This document shows positions 36,489 through 55,828 of a stretch of 64,000 nt of DNA, one piece after another. Both the position numbers and the translations under genes were made by a program. The notes beneath the pieces are model-generated. The model did not search any database. It worked only from the letters and a program-made list of their open reading frames with translations, and was not told the origin of the DNA. The stretch comes from Lepidodermella squamata (lineage: Eukaryota; Animalia; Gastrotricha): the NCBI GenBank assembly GCA_047495785.1, contig JBLDXI010000010.1, positions 930,001 to 994,000 on the forward strand, in the 5' to 3' direction. Every line of letters begins with the position of its first letter. The stretch's first letter is position 1.

Positions 36489-37560
36489 TATAATATACGG
36501 AAGACAAGAAGGGTATATGGGTTTATAATCGCCTGAAGGATTATATTTCGGCCTGAGGCGCAGCCGAAGGACGAAATATCAGCCTGAAGGCGATTTTAAA
36601 CCCATATAACCTGATTGGCTTCCGTATATGTGTGTTATCCGGGTCGTATCGTAACATTTTCAGGGTTACTAGCATTGTATGGTACACTCTCGCTGAATTT
36701 CTATTGCTATAATTTGAAATTGAAAAATCCAACTTACAATAATCATGAAATTTGTTGCTTGCCCATTTTATTCTCGCATTCTTCATTTTGCGAGTTTTTG
36801 GTTTGTTTTCCACATCGAATTTCCCGCATTTCTCGCATGCTCAACAAATTGCTGCTACTGAATCACAAAATTGGGCTGTCGGACGCTAGATGGTTCTGCT
36901 CGGTTGGCTTCGGAGGGCTATCAATGCGACTTTCAAACGACGACCCTTCGACTTTCGAACGAAAGGCTGCTATTTGCCATGGTGTCAGGAATCGCTCGAT
37001 TTTCGAACCATGCCGTTCTGTATCTTCTTGCTTTCAATGTCGCAATCGATGCCCTGTTGCGATTTGGATTCTGGTCTTCGATTTCATCGAAAGCTGGCCG
37101 ATTGTTGCTTGATGCCCACGACATCCGGGACGAATTCTGCTCTTTTGTCGCGAATTTCCGGACGAATTCTGCTCAATTTTCGCGAAATTCTGGACGAGTT
37201 CTGCCCGATTTTCACGAGCTCATGGCCAAGTGCTGTTCGATGGGGGTGAATGCTGCCCGATTTGATACCGATCTCGCGCGTTTTCTTCCGGAGTTCTGCC
37301 CAATTTTCACCCCATTTTTGTGATTTTCAATAAAATCGTTTTGAAGTGTTGCTTGAACTTTTTCGGGTTTCTCTTGTGTGTTTGACAAGTGGGGTTTTTG
37401 GTGATATTTTCTGGACAAGCGGGCATTTTTTGATATAAAAATATCAAAAAATCCCTGCCTGTTTAGAAAATATTAAAAAATCCCTGCTTGGAAGAAGGTT
37501 TTATGAGTTTATAATTCGGCCATTAAGAAGGCATATTTTACGATACGATCCGGATAATAA
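36489..37560. mobile_element. Non-autonomous Crypton-like element (terminal palindrome + asymmetric inverted repeats)
   Basis: A 135-bp palindrome at 36494-36628 (TATACGGAAG..GGTATATGGGTTTATAATCGCCT / AGGCGATTTTAAACCCATATAACC..CTTCCGTATA) with core GAGGCGCAGCCGAAGG. Subterminal TTATCCGGGTCGTATCGTAA (36635-36654) is inverted with TTACGATACGATCCGGATAA (37538-37557). The superfamily call rests on structure only. Confidence 0.65.
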
Positions 37561-37944
37561 ATTATAACCGGCTTTCTTGAGTTTCTTCTTCGCCGGCATC
37601 GGTTGACTCGACGGCGCTTTACCGGCTCAGCTTGTCGGCTGCTTCACACTCTTCATCACTGGAAAATGCCAACTTTGGAAAAGCGCGCTTAACTCTCAGT
37701 TTCGAACTCGAGCAAGCACAAATCCCAGAGCCCAAAGTAAATTCGTGTTATTCAACGACGTTAACGATAATGTTTTACTTAGGAACTCATCGATGTTTAT
37801 GAATTCTAAACGATTAGTTGAACAGCTACTGTAAGACAATTTTCTGTTCACGAGTAAATATCCACAGCGGCTTTCTGTTACATGTAATTTTCATCTTCTC
37901 AGCTCAAGGAGTGCAAGATATTGCTACGAAAGATGTTCATGCGA

Positions 37945-45023
<7,079 letters not shown>

Positions 45024-46429
45024 TTTCACTATGAACAATGGGTGTTGAGTGTTGAACAGTAATTTCGCTTTTCTATCGATGAGATACACACATGTAAGTT
45101 ATTAATGATCAGAAGTCAAGCGCCAGCCATTGTCAGCGAGCCGAATTTAGACACTCGATTGTGTTATTACTTTGGCATATTCATCAATAACGGACTACCG
45201 GGAAAAATATACCGGTTAACATACATATGTAGGTTGAGCGCCCTAATAACAAGATTGGTGATCAATAAAATTATACGGTGCGCAGCATTTTTCTGTTAAA
45301 CCTCATTTCGCAGTTTATTCCGAGTGATCGATTACCCAAAAGCTGTTGGCAGGTGCTACTCGAACCACTCTGCGGATAACGGCAGATGATGCAAATTGGG
45401 TAACCCGTTGTGAATGAAGGTCAAATTCTTCAACGCTGCCAAATAATGTCAACATCAAACCTCTTTATTTTCAGTGTTGTCAAAAATCCAAAATGTTTAT
45501 TAGCCTATCCGCAATCCTGAAACGTCGCTTGAAAGACAATATCAATATAAACTAGGTCAAAAACGTAAATAAGTAGGCAATCGTTGAGACGGAACATACA
45601 ACTTGGTCTTCAGTAATTGGTCACAGGGTTACTTATGGGTAAATAATAGGAAGCCTTTTGATCGATCGTCCGGACAATTAATGACCATTTGAAAAGCAAC
45701 AAACTTTCCTCAACATTAAGTAAACTTACTTTGAATGGCAGGCAGCAGAGCGTTACCGAATGAATCCTCATCATAACAACACAACAACTTAACAGCAGAC
45801 AGATATAGAATCAGGTTAAATTTGTTGCAAAATTATGGCTTGATAAAAACACCTTCGTCTTTTAGTGGATCGATCCTCATGAATTCACAAGTATTGCGTC
45901 AAGTTTTAACAAACAAAGCAACATTGATTATCGAATAAATATTAATAGGGCTGCTGATGTTAGAAAATCATCCGTTTACCATTGGCACATCCCAGATGTT
46001 TTGCAAACCGTAGCCAATGCCTTTTAGCTGGTTGTCAAAAATAGTGAGCAAAACATTGGGAATACCTGGCGAGAGGTTACCGGTTACGAAAAAGTTGTCC
46101 ATAATGACGCCATATCGAAGTTGACTGCTTATTGACGCCAAAACTGCGTCTCAGGCAAAATGGAGCAGCTTGGAATAATAGGTATCAGGTTGAATCAGGC
46201 TAGGTCAATCTGAATTTCGGTCTGCGATTATCTAAACGGCAAAGCACGCAAGCATCATCATCTTTATCACAAGCCTCAAATCAGCCTGGCATTGCAACCA
46301 AAAGGCGATGATATCCCGCATATCGACCCCTTCGAAAGAATGCTCAGCATTGTTAAAATAATATTACATTAGGTAATAGTGTATTAGGTGTAGTGCGCAG
46401 TCAACCTAAATGTAAACATGTTTTATGTC

Positions 46430-46553
46430 GGCCGAAATTCCGGTACCCCTCGACCCTCGAGAGTTCCAGGCAAGAGAACCCAAAACAACCACAGGAAGAC
46501 CCTTTCGTCGGATAAAATAATCCCACACTTCGGGGATCCTACTTCGTCCACTG
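46430..46553 (-). mobile_element. Partial copy of the hAT-like MITE family
   Basis: GGATCCTACTTCGTCCACTG ending at 46553 is the reverse complement of the family terminus; the other end is not recognisable. Confidence 0.5.
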
Positions 46554-46918
46554 TAAAAGACGATAAGTAAACAATGCTAAAGTGGAACACTGAATTTCAT
46601 GTCTGGCTCTATAGCTTAAGGCCAAATGGAAACGATTATATAAAGCAGATTCATGGAAGTGAAGATGACCGCCAAGGAGCCTGTATATCGCAAGACGTTA
46701 AGGGTGCAACAAAACAAAAAATATTTATTAGTTAAAAAATTAAAATAAATAAATAAAATAAAATAATTAAGATTTTTAACAAAAATAGTAAAAATGAACA
46801 GCAATTTGATTATCTACGGTTTAAGCTTGCCCGCGATTATCGATCGCGAACGGAAATGTTCAGTTCCAAACAGAACATCCTTTACCCACCACTTTCCACG
46901 GGTATTGTGGATACGAAT

Positions 46919-49252
46919 TTATGTGATTATAGCGGCGGCGGATGATTGCCTCTGTTTCAAATAGAAAGAGGGCATTATCAAGAAAATGGAAGCCATGGTA
47001 AGTGAGTAGAACATGAAACTGACGCCGAGAAAAGAATTCCTCGCGCACGCACTCTGCGAGTTGATCAGAATGAGCAGAATCAAAACTATGACAGTAATCG
47101 AAATAATCGAATGAGCCGCCGCGATTCGCATCACCTTGAAAACTTGCATTGCCGCGCCTGATTTACTCTTGACAGATCCTCGAACTGTGCATAGGACATT
47201 GGCAGCAACCATGATAAGGAACTGGATCCCCATTAGGGCTATAATCCAGTAATTTCCAGTCTCTGACTGGCAATTAGGCGTTTTGATAACGTAGGACCTC
47301 CCATCATAATCATCTGTCAAAACTTCGGTTGTAACAATCTTGAAATTCAGAGGATCGAACCCAATCCAAATAAGTAAAGGGTAAAAACTGAGCTGGCTGA
47401 TAACTAGGATAATTAGAGATATTTGAGAGCTGATCAGCCGGTTCGAACTTGTCTTCCTCATGACACTCGTCAGAATCGCGTGGATTTTGTTAGCATCCTG
47501 ATTCCTATTTGCGAGAAATTCCAACATGCCCGCCATATCTTCGGGTGGAACATTGTCAAAGCGAAGGAAACGGCTATAGGCAACGATTAGAGCAAATATC
47601 ACGGCATGAATGGGAGTAAGTCCTAGAACTGTTAGAACCGACAAGAGCCGGCAGTCCATTGAAGAAAGATGGTTTAGTCCTAACGCCAAGTACAACCCAG
47701 ATACATTGAGCAGCAAGCAACAACCGAAAATTAATGTTTGCTTAGCTTTCCCAAAGAACGGTGAACTTCCTTTTGAAATGGATTTAATGTAAATCGCAAT
47801 TTCAACGACAAAAACAAGCCCTGAAATAAACGCAACCCAAATAATGATACTTTGGCTGCAAATATTCCAATCGACTTCGATTTCGCTGAGATCTTTCGGT
47901 GGCTTGCCAGATTTTGTCTGCCAAACTGGCGAGTCCATCACAATGTAATCGTAGGACTTATAAGAATCTATTGCCGGAACGGAGAGTTGAGAGAGGTAAC
48001 GAATTTTTCCGTTAACAGCTTGACCTATGAATAGATCTCCCCTGATACCATTGGTGCCGCCCATGTAAATCCTGCCTGCTCGAAGGCCATCGAATTGTAA
48101 ATTCCTGACACTTTCATTTACGACTTTGTAGATAGTTAGAGGATGCGACTTGAAGTCTCGTAGAGAAAGGTTGAAATCTGATCTTAAAACCCACTCGGAT
48201 TGATCGAGACTCAAGATTGCAGCGAGTAAGGCATCGTGGCAGCCCAGGCGGCCTGAGAAATCTGGTAAGGCCATTTTTGGATCGAGATTTTTCCTCAATT
48301 CTAGGTCAAAATCCGGAATAGACTGATTCAGATAGCTTCTACCAATCGGTTTCAAAGATTCAACGGGATACCCAGCGAAGAATGTTCCTGTTAGCATGGT
48401 ATCAATCCCCTTTTTACCGCAATAAAGACCGGATGATACCTGCGGGTCGTTCGCAACCGGTAGACAAGGTCCATTCATCATGATAAAGAAGAATTTAGGT
48501 GGCGTAAGACCATTCTCGTAAGCAGCACACATCGCTCTTAAGCAATCAGGAATCAAAGGTACAACTACGACGATAATTCTAACTGTGGCTAGGGTTGCGA
48601 AATCATCAACTGTGAGACTGGTCATGCTGAATACACTCAGATACTGAGCTACATTCACCCCGTTTGAAGTTAGCAGGCTTTGCAGCTGCAGGGCAGCAAC
48701 TTGGCCATTCCTGGTACCCCAGGTAGTAAGAATACCGACTTTCTTCCAAGCCCCTATTTGTTTGATAGCTTCAAGTGCCGCGTAATTGTTGTGAATCAGC
48801 TGAGCTGTGACTGAGTATAGATTGTTGAAGTACCGATTGCGGAGAGATGTTATGTAAGCACCGTTGCATCCCATTGAAATCTGAACAACTCCGAAACCGC
48901 GAAGAGTCATAGCAACTTCATTACACAGGCTATCTGGTCCGGTCATGATGGGCGCTATAAAGGTGCTGTAGGGAACGGGCGAGTCGAAAATATCGACAGC
49001 GATGCGGTTTTGACGGTCATAAGGTATACCTGCATCCCTCACGTCGACCGAAAGTTCATAGTCTGGTAGTAGTTCAGTCTTAGTGTTTATTAAGCCAGCT
49101 AGGGTATGAAATGTTGCGTTGCAGGTTGGATAATTCTTGAGCTGAAGCATTGTTGGCAAGACCAGTTTGTATTTTCGACATTGAACTCCATTCAAAACTA
49201 TCAAACAAAATGTTATTGACAGGACTGCAGTAAAGATATAGCTATGAAGCAT
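46919..49252 (-). CDS. Class C GPCR, GABA-B-like, single exon
   Basis: 777-aa ORF: signal peptide, LINTKTELLPDYEL, WKKVGIL, CAAYENGL, WQTKSGKPPKD, seven hydrophobic segments, W...DPL..CQS...YW. Confidence 0.87.
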   Translation of the reverse strand: MLHSYIFTAVLSITFCLIVLNGVQCRKYKLVLPTMLQLKNYPTCNATFHTLAGLINTKTELLPDYELSVDVRDAGIPYDRQNRIAVDIFDSPVPYSTFIAPIMTGPDSLCNEVAMTLRGFGVVQISMGCNGAYITSLRNRYFNNLYSVTAQLIHNNYAALEAIKQIGAWKKVGILTTWGTRNGQVAALQLQSLLTSNGVNVAQYLSVFSMTSLTVDDFATLATVRIIVVVVPLIPDCLRAMCAAYENGLTPPKFFFIMMNGPCLPVANDPQVSSGLYCGKKGIDTMLTGTFFAGYPVESLKPIGRSYLNQSIPDFDLELRKNLDPKMALPDFSGRLGCHDALLAAILSLDQSEWVLRSDFNLSLRDFKSHPLTIYKVVNESVRNLQFDGLRAGRIYMGGTNGIRGDLFIGQAVNGKIRYLSQLSVPAIDSYKSYDYIVMDSPVWQTKSGKPPKDLSEIEVDWNICSQSIIIWVAFISGLVFVVEIAIYIKSISKGSSPFFGKAKQTLIFGCCLLLNVSGLYLALGLNHLSSMDCRLLSVLTVLGLTPIHAVIFALIVAYSRFLRFDNVPPEDMAGMLEFLANRNQDANKIHAILTSVMRKTSSNRLISSQISLIILVISQLSFYPLLIWIGFDPLNFKIVTTEVLTDDYDGRSYVIKTPNCQSETGNYWIIALMGIQFLIMVAANVLCTVRGSVKSKSGAAMQVFKVMRIAAAHSIISITVIVLILLILINSQSACARNSFLGVSFMFYSLTMASIFLIMPSFYLKQRQSSAAAIIT

Positions 49253-49451
49253 CTTTGGATGACACGAAACAAGTTATTGCTTGCGATGAGAAATGAAATC
49301 CTTTCACGATCAACGTCATACGAAGGAACTGCCCACCTAATGAGACACGTTCATGCATTCAAAAGAGAGGGAGTGATTCGTAAGAAAGCTGAATAATTTT
49401 CGAATCAAGGCTAGACCTAGCCGCTGTATAAAATCGCGGCGAGTGTCGGAA

Positions 49452-49575
49452 TGGTGATGCAGAATAACGTGTCGTATTAGGCGGTCATCTCTACTTTTGA
49501 TGTAGATCGTGAACGAAATCTACGTCAATCACGTATCGCTTACCGCCTAATAAAACACGTTATTTTGCATCTCCA
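49452..49575. repeat. Fold-back MITE-like palindrome, ~200 bp upstream of the GPCR start
   Basis: TGGTGATGCAGAATAACGTGTCGTATTAGGCGGT versus ACCGCCTAATAAAACACGTTATTTTGCATCTCCA; inner arms TTGATGTAGAT / ATCTACGTCAA. Confidence 0.7.
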
Positions 49576-50407
49576 ACTGCGAATCGAACTAGCAGGCAGT
49601 TCCAAGGCTGTGCAATTACTTATGGAAACATCCTACGAGTATGTTATTTACATCTGAGATTCGTAGAACGAGCTTTGAGAAATCAGAGTGAAACGCAGTT
49701 GGGAGTGGAGCTGACCAATTCCAGCAAGCTGACCTAGTTCAGGACCCTGCGGTACAGCAAAGATTGAACAACCAGACTGACGCTGATAAGATCCTTGCTG
49801 ATGCAATTTTTGTTAAGAAAAAAGCCGAATCCCGTGTTGCATGATTTTTTTAAATAGGAGGGGGATGAACATTGTCACATCAGGTAAAAATATTAGCACT
49901 CGTTTGCATTTGAACTTCAACATTTCGAAAATAACATAGATTCCTCGTTGATACATCAATCTTTTTGGGTTTTTCTGAAAATGAGGCCAAGCCCGGTCAC
50001 CAAATTTCTTCAAGTGTTTAGTTCAAGTCTTTAGCATTCAGCAGCTAGTGAAGTCTTACAGCAAAGTAGGGCAACCAACATAATATCCCAAAGTTTGTTC
50101 TTTCTTTTACCCATCCAATCTAAGGTTTTTGACCAAGAAGTAGTCCAATAGCTAAGTAGCCTGAGGTTGCTTGGTCGAACCGGTTCGAAAACATAAGACA
50201 GAAACGATTCACCAACATTAAATTGCCGAATTTTTGTCAAATCGAGTCTAATGTCGAGGTTGAAAATTTAATATGAATTATGAAAATATGATAAAAAAAA
50301 TAGAGCTTGGTCAAAATAAAACACCCTGTTACGCTAAAACTGAGTTTGATTTTACGATGGAAAATTACTCGAAGGAAAAAATCAGTTTATCAATAAAACA
50401 GCTTCGA

Positions 50408-52017
50408 TCACCGACCCCAATAGTTCGTCGGTCTTTGAATGAACTTCCAGTGATGGTGCAAGTTGCCTGCCATGTACGTGCTGTATCCGTATACCTCGGA
50501 GCACTTTCCCGCGAAGCTGTAATTGCATGATATTAGCGAATTCGAGTCCAATGTGCGGCCTGTCGCATCGTTTTTCAAGTAAGCAACATCTGCACTGATG
50601 AAAATGACATCCCAGTATTGATTGGTGAAATCTCCATCGCGTAAGTCTACATCAAAGGTATCAGAGCGCATAGACATTGCCTTATTTGTTAAGTGATTCA
50701 CAAAACGAAAGTAGTAACGGCCATCTGTGAACCATCGATTAACCTTCCATATATCGTCCGTCATTGCAATTGTAACAACATCATCGCCAACATGGGTTCC
50801 AAAAAGACTGTAGTTCTCGTGACGCAACTTTCGAAGGATGAGATTTTGGTCCGAAATTACAAGCTGCTTTGCGGAGTCACTGAGGTGGCGAGCCACCAAA
50901 AGGTCCATCGTGCCTTTCATGTCCCATGAAATTTTTGCATAATTAGTCGAGTCGATAGTAAATTTTATGTAAGCAGCTATTTGGGCTAGCTCACGGTATT
51001 CGCCTCGTCTGTTCATTTTCGGAAGTAGGTTATTCAGTGCTACAATATCGTGATCGATAAAAGGCAGCTCCCTGATGAATTTCATAATATTTCGCACATT
51101 GTCTTCGTTTTGATAGGCGTTATCGATCAACGGCGCCAAGATGTATTTCCTCATATCTGAATTGCTTCTCAGGTAGTCGACAATTTGCTTCCAGTCGTTC
51201 CGTTGCCGAACCTTCAACGCCCATTGATTTATGATATTCGTTGTATGAGAGCCAAGTCGATGTTGATTCGATTCATAAAACGATTTAACATCAGCTGACG
51301 CCGACACGTGCCTTCGACCCTCGAAATCGAATCGCATCATTTGCAAACTCTCTGTGTAGTTGTGTCTTTCCATTGCATGCAGCAAAGCTTCGTATGCCGA
51401 AACATCATGACTGTATGATTTAAGCTTTCTGATGAAACTCATCACCTTGTCGAAATTCTCAAGATACATCTTGCTGGAATCGTGCTTATCGCCTTTATAT
51501 TCGTATGCCTCGCGAACTACAGGACCGACAAGGCTCGGCGCATCAGCCAGCGAATAGAACAGCTTTATCGCTTCGTTAATGCGACCACTATCAATCTCCG
51601 ACTCGACAAGCCGCTTGACGATGGCGTTGTACTGGCGCATTTATTCGTCGTATGTCTCCTGCCACTGAGTGTTCTGTCTGCCCAGGTTGTCGCGCGATTT
51701 CTCCAGTTGGCCTTCCAAATTGTTGCGTCGAAATCAGCTCCAGGGCGCATCTCTGACGCAATTTTTATAATTTTGTCATATCCACATTCGATCAATGAAG
51801 TCAGCTTGCAACACGTGGCGTCTTGCTGCATTTTCTCGCTCAATTCGTTGCATGTTGCTTTAACGAACTTGACTGACGATTTAGGATTGTTGATGGCGGT
51901 GATCAGGTGAGTTAGATCCTCACGCTTAAGCGTGCACGTAGTCGGGGCGTTGATCTTCACAGCGCTAGCATAGTTGGTGAAAATAAGCAAAGCCAACAGA
52001 GAGATAGTAGGCTTCAT
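50408..52017 (-). pseudogene. Disrupted secreted protein: signal peptide, coiled coil, two helical repeats, C-terminal ricin-B/beta-trefoil
   Basis: Signal ORF 52017-51565 and the 410-aa ORF are in different frames. The downstream frame reads RNNLEGQLEKSRDNLGRQNTQWQETYDE*MRQY, with TAA at 51641-51643 and an apparent frameshift near 51728. The C-terminus has NQYW and KNDATGRTLDSN..VY..GN.H.W. Confidence 0.6.
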
Positions 52018-52621
52018 AATTAATCTATCAAATAAACTTGAATATATTTAAGAAAAATTATCTTTCGAAGACAGCGGAGCAACAAATCCAGAAATTCAGC
52101 TTTTTGCCTGAAAAAGCCAGGCCGAAGCAACTGAAAGCGACGCATTCCGAACGCCCGCAGTCTGGCTCCATTGTTTTGATTATGTTGTCCTGGTCGCTTT
52201 TGCCGTAAATCGCGAACCCAGCCTGCGGTAGGCCGTAGATAAGCCCGCAAATCGAACTTGTGTACAAGTGTACAAGAGGTTGGCCATGGTAAGCCAAAAA
52301 GGAGTAAACTTCTTTTCTCGCTGATTTGAGCTCATTTAAATTTGTCGCATTTTTTCGCATGCGGGATGCGTCCTTTCGGTAGAATAAGGTGCGATTGATA
52401 GTTTCTACGTAAAACTAACGTAAACTAACATCTCTCTGAAACTATGACTGATTATTATTCACCTCAGTAAAATTGATGCGATTTAATTCTAGCTCCGACG
52501 AATTCCGTTACTGTGATGCTTATTTTTCACATCGGGAAAACATTAGCATCAATGTAGTGTTTTTGATTACGAAATAAATCGTTTTAAAGGGAAGGTCCAA
52601 CGTCTGAGCGTGCAGCCTAGA

Positions 52622-53012
52622 GCATTAATATTTATCATAAAGAAAAAAATGATAACAGTAAGCACTCAAGCTGCAATTTCGGAATCTTTTTGTTATTCAA
52701 AATGGAATTTCTCAGAACAGATAACTCCGTTGTTTACCAAATTTTGCATGATATGGAACGCGAGCATTGTTACGCTACAAAAACTCGTTTTCACTATGGT
52801 TTCATTTACTTTGATGAGATCATCAAGACTGAACAGCAATTGCCTACCTCAAATCCTCTACCACGTGAATGAGCAGCTCGCGTTCTACATCATGCAAAAT
52901 TTCGTGATTAACGGAGATATCCGCTTTGAGAAGCACAATATTTAATAATGCAGATCAAAATTATGGCTTGAGTGCTTACTCAGGTCCTTTTTTCTCTATG
53001 ATATTAATAATG
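52622..53012. repeat. Fold-back/MITE with ~145 bp imperfect inverted arms
   Basis: AGTAAGCACTCAAGC..CTCCGTT..AATTTTGCATGAT..GAACGCGAGC versus GCTCGCGTTC..ATCATGCAAAATT..AACGGAG..GCTTGAGTGCTTACT. Confidence 0.7.
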
Positions 53013-54125
53013 TACTTAACTTCCCACTGTGATTTGTTGTGTAACCCTCTAATGCCGGCAGCCTCTCAGCTTTATACGATTTGAGTATACTCAATCGGTC
53101 AAAACTGACCTAAAATTAGAATATGCAGCGATCTACGTGTGTTCACTGAACCGGGACCTCATTTTTGGACTTTGAATTATGAAACTGAGTATACTCTTGT
53201 GCCAATTGAGTTTACTCCTGCTACAAAAATTGTCTAAACACACTTGAGTTAACACGGGAAGAGCGCAACGCCTCACATGTATTTTATTCATGTTTAAATT
53301 CAGAAAATTAGAAAGAATTGAAGAAATTGCTGCCAGTAGCCTAAACCAAAGGTCGACATGATTAGCAGGCACGATCGGCATAAATAAAGTTATCGGCGCC
53401 CGGCGTGAGTAAACTGTAGTAATGTCCAAAGTTCAAAGTTCACAGTTTCATTGCGGTGAGTTTGTTGACATCTTTTGTTGACAAAACAGAAATGCTGAAA
53501 CTAAGCTAAGAACAATCACTAAAGTGGACACTTTTCATAGCCACGCTGGAAAGAAACAATCAGTCGACGCCGCTGGTTTACTAGTCTACTCATAGTTGGA
53601 AATGAGAAGCGAAGGCGTTATACGCCCATAGCAAACAAGAAGTTTGCGTAAACATTCTCCATCAGCTGATCTCTCTGAACTATAGTGACAAGAAAAGAAG
53701 AGAAACATAGACTAAAATGCTATAGTATAGGTAATAGGGACAAAAGATAATAGAAAAATCATGTCCCGACAAGTTACTAAGTAGCAGCTTGACAAATGAC
53801 AACGGATAAAACAAGTTTACTGAGTTTTTACAATTTAAATGGTTGTTGCCTATTTGACAGGAATCTTTGAAAACGGAAATTACAACATCTTGAATTATTG
53901 AGTGCGGAAAGTGTGCGAAGGGGAGATGGGGGTAAGTTGGCGCCAGTACTTGAACATTTGCATATGGATCGGACAATTTTTTCGACCGCATTAACTTTTA
54001 CCGCCTGAAGCCGACACGTTTACGGCAATAGATGTATGTTTTAAAAAAGATGCGCGCACACAAAAAGGTTTTTGTTTCAAGAAAAACAAGCGTGAGTGCG
54101 CACACGGATCACTGCGTTCTCTATG

Positions 54126-54695
54126 ATCAAAACATACAATGCCACCTCGTCAAGCGCAACAACAATATTACAGCTATTTTTCATTACTGTTAATTTTCAA
54201 ACTTTAACTTTATTATGGTTGACTGACGGACAACTTTATCTTTTTTAAACTTTTTTGTTATTGGCGATGCCTATGATGCTGACGCGGACAATATCATTGG
54301 CAGCGTACAGTAAATAATATAAAAAATAGTTGAGCGCGCCGTTTGTTAATCAGCCATTATATAGTTGAAGTTTGAAAAAGAACAAGTTGTCCGGTTGTTG
54401 AAGTTTGAAGAACTGGGGTTAGAAATAACCGTAGGCATCATAGGCATCGCCAATAACAACAAAGTTTAAAAAAGATAAAGTTGTCCGTCAGTCAACCATA
54501 ATAAAGTTAAAGTTTAAAAATTACCAGTAATTAAAAATGGCTGTAATATTGTTGCGCTTGACGAGGGGGCGAAAGTTCAAAAAAAAATATAAAGTTGTCT
54601 GACAGTCAACCATACTGAAGTAAAAGTTTTAAAAAGAACAGTGATTAAAAATGGCCGTAATTATGTTGCGCTTGACGAGGGGGCATTGTTTTGAT
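54126..54695. mobile_element. MITE/fold-back with ~140 bp arms and a tandemly duplicated right arm
   Basis: 54141-54279 is inverted at 54435-54570 (CCTCGTCAAGCGCAAC..GGTTGACTGACGGACAACTTTATC..GGCGATGCCTATGATGC); the right arm recurs, diverged, at 54572-54695. Confidence 0.78.
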
Positions 54696-54723
54696 TGGAT
54701 TGGGCATAATAGCACCGGCGCCC

Positions 54724-54760
54724 TATAAATACCAGCAGTTTATTCTACATTTATTCATTT
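54724..54760 (+). promoter_or_regulatory. TATA box and initiator-like element
   Basis: TATAAATA at 54724, TCATT ~31 nt downstream, ATG at 54791. Confidence 0.6.
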
Positions 54761-54790
54761 CTCACAAGCCGATACCAAACTTTGTTTAAA

Positions 54791-55476
54791 ATGATCGTCC
54801 TTGTTGCCTTCGCTACTTTCGTCGCCGGGGCGGCGGCTTGCCCACCGAGCACTAGTGCCACGACCACCCCTTGTCCGACGCCTCCAACCTGCAACACTGG
54901 CTACGCTTGCTACCAGACCAGCCTTCAACAGAGCACCGGAAGCCCCAGTTCTGTAAGTTGATTATTCAACAATGCTACGCTGTTTCGTTGAGACCTGTTT
55001 CTTCAAGTTCACTGTCTGTACGTCCACCTCCAGCGGTAAAGTTACGGCGACCTTCTGCACCAGCTCAGGCAGCTGTGACTCCCCTGGTGTCTCTGCCAAC
55101 GGTCCGACCACTTACCTGTCGTTCAGCGCTTGCTGCGCCTCATTAGGTTCAACCGTCAATTACGGCCAGATCGCCTTGTCGGCCAGTACGCCCAGCTACC
55201 AAACGCAGGAAGTTTGCTATGCCAGCGCCATCCAGTACCGCAAGATTTCTGCTTCGCCTGCTTACTGCTTGAGCTTACCCGAGGCCACGACCGATGGCAG
55301 TGCCATCCCAGCTAACGTACGTCGATTTTGTTAATTCTGGACAAATGAAACTTATTATTTTGTAGACGCCTGGCTACGCCTCTTTCCTGTCCTGCTGTTA
55401 TGCGTCACCGGCAACCACAACCACTTACACTGTCATCACTTCCAGCGGTGTCGGCTTCATGAAATGCAGCGCTTAA
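54791..55476 (+). CDS. Small secreted Cys/Ser/Thr-rich protein (14 Cys), 3 exons; paralogue of 30702-31429
   Basis: MIVLVAFATFVAGAAA-CPPSTSATTTPCPTPPTCNTGYACYQTSLQQSTGSPSS / FTVCTS..FCTSSGSC..YLSFSACC..VCYASAIQYRKISASPAYC.. / TPGYASFLSCC..FMKCSA*. Confidence 0.8.
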
Positions 55477-55663
55477 ACAACGAATAGGCCGAAGTTACGA
55501 AAACTTTGATACGATGATACATTATTCAAACTTTGCATATGCACTCTCCCTAAATAATAAGATTAATTAGATTAATGGTAAAAATTGCGATGTGATGGTA
55601 ACAAATTATAGCATATCAACTCGAATAGCTGTAATTCTTCCATTTTTTGTCCAATTATGTAGC

Positions 55664-55828
55664 CGTCGTATGGTCGTCACATCGCCGATGCGCCAAAAAT
55701 TGTATCACATCGCGGTCACATTGTCGGCGATGTGACTTGGTTTGACCGCGATCTGCGATATGATATAATTTTTGGCGCATCGGCGATGTGACGACCACGT
55801 AACCTCGATATCTGACGTCCATACGACG
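55664..55828. repeat. Fold-back palindrome built from TCACATCGC / GCGATGTGA units
   Basis: TGGTCGTCACATCGCCGATGCGCCAAAAATT (55671) has a perfect inverse ending at 55797; outer arms CGTCGTATGG / CCATACGACG. Confidence 0.75.

Noticed and set aside
36541-37418. Cluster of overlapping ORFs
   Set aside because: They lie inside the Crypton-like element and show no recombinase or other domain motifs.
46085-46110. piggyBac transposase motif (MDNFF, minus strand)
   Set aside because: The flanking residues show no other transposase motifs and the open frame is short.
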